The translations under genes and the position numbers were made by a program. Under the pieces are notes generated by a model, which saw only the letters and a program-made list of their open reading frames with translations, did not search any database and was not told the DNA's origin. This document shows, piece by piece, positions 59,903-64,000 of a stretch of DNA of 64,000 nucleotides; within the stretch, counting starts at the first letter, position 1, and the number at the start of each line of letters is the position of its first letter. Source of the stretch: Sphaerodactylus townsendi (Eukaryota); assembly GCF_021028975.2 (NCBI RefSeq), contig NC_059427.1, forward strand, positions 67,022,001 through 67,086,000. The letters are read 5' to 3'.

Positions 59903-60410
59903 AGATTCTTCTTTAATCAGTTTCAGGGTTTTTAAACACACACACACACACAAAATGTATGTTTGTGTGTTTTAAGATTTCACATTTTTCTGCAAACCTG
60001 GGGCCATTTTCAAGTTTGTAGAAAGATTTGTCTTGCCTATTCACAACTCCAGTCACTGGATTTAAGTATCCTCAATTTTGGCTGACTACACATTAGTATA
60101 TAGATTCTAATTTGGAACAGAATTCAAACCTACTCTGAAAAAAGAGTGCCACCTCAACTACTGTTTGTTCAGCTTGTCAAGGAATAAGAACCACATCCTA
60201 GTGTACACTGTACAAAGATTAGGTTTGTCACTCTCTACCAAAACAACTGTGGAAAATAAAGTTAGTGCCCTTGAAAAAATAATACTGTTGATTTCACTGT
60301 AGTGTTTAAAGTAGTGACTGGCCTGGTAATGGGAGTGTGGGGACATTGATCAGCCACCACATTCTGCTGCTGTCATGGGAGGGGCAAATGTATCATGTCT
60401 ATACCAGCAA

Positions 60411-60695
60411 GATGTAGTGGATAAGAGTGGTGGACTATAATCTGGAGAACTGTGTTTGATTCCCCACTCATCCGTATGAGTGGCAGACTCTTATCTAGTG
60501 AACTCGATTTGTTTCCCCACTAGTACACATGAAGCCTGATGTGTGACCTTGGACTAGTCACAGTTCTTTGGAACTCTCTCAGCCTCACCAGGTGTCTATT
60601 ATGGGGAGAGGAAGGGGGAAAAGCTTGTAAGCCACCTTGAGTCTCCTTATAGTTTAAAAGAGTGGGTATGAATCCAAACTCTTCCCCTCTTCTTC
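60411..60695 (+). mobile_element. Squam3-like SINE
   Basis: A-box TGTAGTGGATAAG, B-box-like GTTTGATTCCC, CORE GTGTGACCTTGGACTAGTCAC, (CTT) tail. Confidence 0.8.
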
Positions 60696-61114
60696 ACACA
60701 TGAATGCAGCCAGTGAAGAGAGGCTGACACACCTTTCCCTGTTCCCACCAACTACATATTTTGACTCTAGGTTTAAGCGCAACACTTGATCCTGTAGAAC
60801 ACACTTTATAGCTGGGCACGCACAGAGGTCGGCGAAGGCGGGTGGCTAGCGGCTTCATTGTATCTCACAAGAACCTTTGATCCAGGATTACCTTCCCTGA
60901 AACAAAAGAAATTAAGGTCTTATTGGCATTCTATTTTCCTGAGACTGAGTTCAGTGGAATGACACCTGAGCCAGACAATCAGCACTGACCCCTCAATGTG
61001 AACAAAACCCTCTACGCTGTACTGACTTTGGAGACCAACCGCTCGTTTTGGTTTATAAGACTTCCCACATTTCATTGTTGTGGATGGAGGCAGAGAGGTG
61101 GTCCATTTGCAGAA

Positions 61115-61135
61115 CAGCAGCAGCAGCAGCAGCAA
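61115..61135. repeat. (CAG)6CAA microsatellite
   Basis: Direct reading. Confidence 0.85.
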
Positions 61136-61535
61136 TGGCCCATAACCCTTCCCCGCCAGATATCACTTCTCTCCTATAAACACAGATGAATCCCAAGTCT
61201 TCTTTAGACATTTTGTTCCCCAGCCAGGCTCTGAAATCAGGAGTAAGCAGAGGTGAATGAAAATGCACTATTATATTCACAAAGGTCTCTTTCTGTAAGC
61301 ACTCTTCTGTTTTCAAGATTTTCACCAACAACCAGAACAAAATTATGATACCGGCTACTCACTCCGACAGTATAGTGGATGTCCCCACACCCAGAGAAGA
61401 ACTGGCCCAGATAAAAGGTTGAAGTGGGTTCCTGCAAACTGACAGATCTACAAAAGAAGCAAGACTATCCTGTGTTTTTAAGATACCTATCTCACAAGAA
61501 AAACAAACCAAACCAAGTGCTGCATATATAAACCA

Positions 61536-61552
61536 CCCTAGCAGAGGGCAGC
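61536..61552 (+). promoter_or_regulatory. Candidate CTCF-binding motif
   Basis: CCCTAGCAGAGGGCAGC is close to the CCASYAGRKGGCRS consensus and lies in apparently non-repeat sequence. Confidence 0.4.
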
Positions 61553-64000
61553 ATTATGAATATGTAAAACCTCTGAGCTACTCACGGCTGGCATTAGCCA
61601 GTTGCTGCTTGCTTTTCTTCAGTGCCTGATAGGGAAAGGAGCTGGGCCTGGAAGACATGTGTTTTAAGGTGCACATGCATTTCTTTGCAGCCCTTTGCAA
61701 CTTACATAGACACCTTAAATGGCTTAAAGGACTGCAATAGTATTGGAGAACATACATTGTCGGGCATATCTCCTGTCAAAGACGATCCACCACAACAGTT
61801 CTGCTCAAGCAGAGAACTTCCTAGCTCCGACAGAGGGGTTTCAGCAACTGCCACCAGACCAGATCCCATGAAACCAGGCACACAATCCAAATCAGGAGAT
61901 ATATGTACAGACACAGATTTCCAAGAAGTATAATTTCCTGGATCAGAACTCAGAGACAAAAGAAATGCACATCAGAAACACATAGCTGAGTGCAAACATC
62001 TCTCTACTTGCATTGCTTTTGAAGCATCTAAGTGTGTGTTGAAAGTCATGCAAAGTAGATAGACGTCATCTGCCCTTGCATACACAACTAATTTATGCCC
62101 CAGATTGCTGATCTAATGTAATGTATGCAGAGAAAGTTCTTTCTACACAGATCTCTATAGCTGAAGGTAGGATGCAAAAACAGGAAATGTGAGAACAAAA
62201 GAAGGAAATGTTTTCTCTTTTATCCTGACCCTCCTCTTCATCCTATGCTATTGTTGGTGCTTATCCAGAAAAAAAGGTGAAATTTTATATTATATATATA
62301 GAAAAAACATAAGGGCTGGGTTGGGTATCACCTCTACAACTCAGCTATTTTAACACTGTCCACTTCCTTAAAAAGCATAACTAAAATGCCACAAAACAGA
62401 AAAACCAAAGCGCTACAGTGGACAGGATATCAACTAGATGTTAAAGACAATTTTGTGACTGTCTTAGGAATTTTTGATAATGTAATATTGTGATGGCCTA
62501 TGACTCTACAATAAAGTTGGTGTTGATGATAATGATGATTAGGAATTAGTTTTGTATTCCTCTTCTAATGGGCAAGATGACAATCCACTTTATTCTGGAA
62601 TTTCAGCAGAATTAACAGATCTTAACCCTTCTTTTATTTCTGAAGCTTTTACCCAAGGTGGGCAGACCAAAAAAAGAGGGGGCTGGGGAACTGGGAATAT
62701 ACCTACAGACACAACACATTACAGACAAACAAGAAAGAATCTTACTCTAATGAAATGATACAGTTAAGTCCATTGTTATGTGTATTGTAGAAGAAGAAGG
62801 CAATGCAGGTAAATAATAGAATCAGACCACTTGCTGTTCACAGGCTCTTTGAAGCTGTAGTCTGCTACCAAATCATATTTGTTCAGAGAGAGAGCTATTT
62901 AGCTGCTTCGAACTGATCCTGTTTATTTCAGCCGTATTCTACTTCCTGGTTCATGTGTACCAGCTTGATGAGATCACAGTGCTCGTGCACAGCTCATAAA
63001 GCCAGCCTGCACTTTTACAACCATTCCTTAAAGAAGCAGGGATGCTTTTACCAAAATCTTTGACAAAGGTTTGCTTTAGAAGCCATTCTACCTTTGGTGT
63101 GATGAGGGGGGGGATTGAGAGAGACTGAAAGAATCTCAAAGAAGGTTTGGTTCCTTTCAGAAATTCTCGACTAATTCTGTCTGCATGAAGTATAATCCTC
63201 TGTCTGTGACAGCTGTAGGGCTAATTGTCATGACACAAATAGATGATCACAACTTTAAGGAAAGACTAAACAACCAAACTGGAATGAGCCCACTGGCCTA
63301 ATTTATAGTGCGACTAAAACATCATTGCTGGTTATAAAGCTAGTTGTCAGCTGTTTGTTCACCCAGTTTTCCTAGCCAGCACAAGCATGGATTTTTTTTC
63401 ATTCAAAAATGAACTATAATAGCCAGTGAAGTTTTTTGTAGACTTCAAAAGCCTTTAGTACTGGAGCACAGCAAAGTAAGATTGGTGTTCTTCTTATCAT
63501 ATTTTATAAGCTTCATTCTCCATGCATCTTCCCAGGTTCTAGCTGTCACAAGTGTATCAGAAATTCTGTAATATTTTATTTGTCTCCCAAGATTTAAATC
63601 TCTTGTAGCTAAGCAAGGGAATCCAAACTAACCATAAAAGTAATGTTTTGAACTGAAAAAATTGCAAAGAATGTTCCAAACTGAATGTATGAAACCCAAA
63701 AGTGAACTGTTTAAAAGAAGAATTGCGAGGATAAAACACAGAAAGGGAGAATGGTGTGTACCACCCTGAGTGCCTTGGAGAAAATGCAGGATAAAAATGT
63801 GTTAAATAATTGAATAAATAAGACCATTAACTTTGATTAATGGTCCAAATCGTTAGGCGTAGTTATATTGGGAGATCAAGGCACCAATGCTATGCACGCT
63901 TTGAGTAAATATTCATATGATAAAAAATTATAGACTGGAAATTTCTTTCAATCATTAGGATTGCCATCTTTGTCCCAACAGAGTTTTGTGCCTGTAACAG

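Overview
Vertebrate (squamate reptile, most likely a gecko, judged from Squam3-like, Sauria and 5S-Sauria-like SINEs) genomic DNA lying inside the TEX264 gene on the minus strand. Two coding exons are present: the ATG exon (58464-58176, CDS from 58433, 86 codons) and the next exon (3862-3641, 74 codons). They are joined in phase 0 across a ~54.3 kb intron. The promoter/first exon and the 3' exons were not found and probably lie outside the window. The rest is intronic and rich in transposons: many non-autonomous hAT elements with clean 8-bp TSDs, a CpG-rich PIF/Harbinger-type MITE family (4 copies, 3-bp TSDs), an R4/Dong LINE remnant in a TAA repeat, L2/CR1/RTE-X fragments, SINEs and microsatellites. 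Most interesting: (i) a short palindromic Penelope-derived insertion with a 12-bp TSD carrying two back-to-back minimal hammerhead-ribozyme motifs (a third motif lies at 52.4 kb); (ii) a 148-bp palindromic MITE that is fully base-paired only on the TEX264-transcribed strand; (iii) a 4-codon uORF in the ATG exon, which is flanked by inverted repeats that could favour circularisation; (iv) multi-level nested hAT elements. Family names are recognised from memory, not from a database search.
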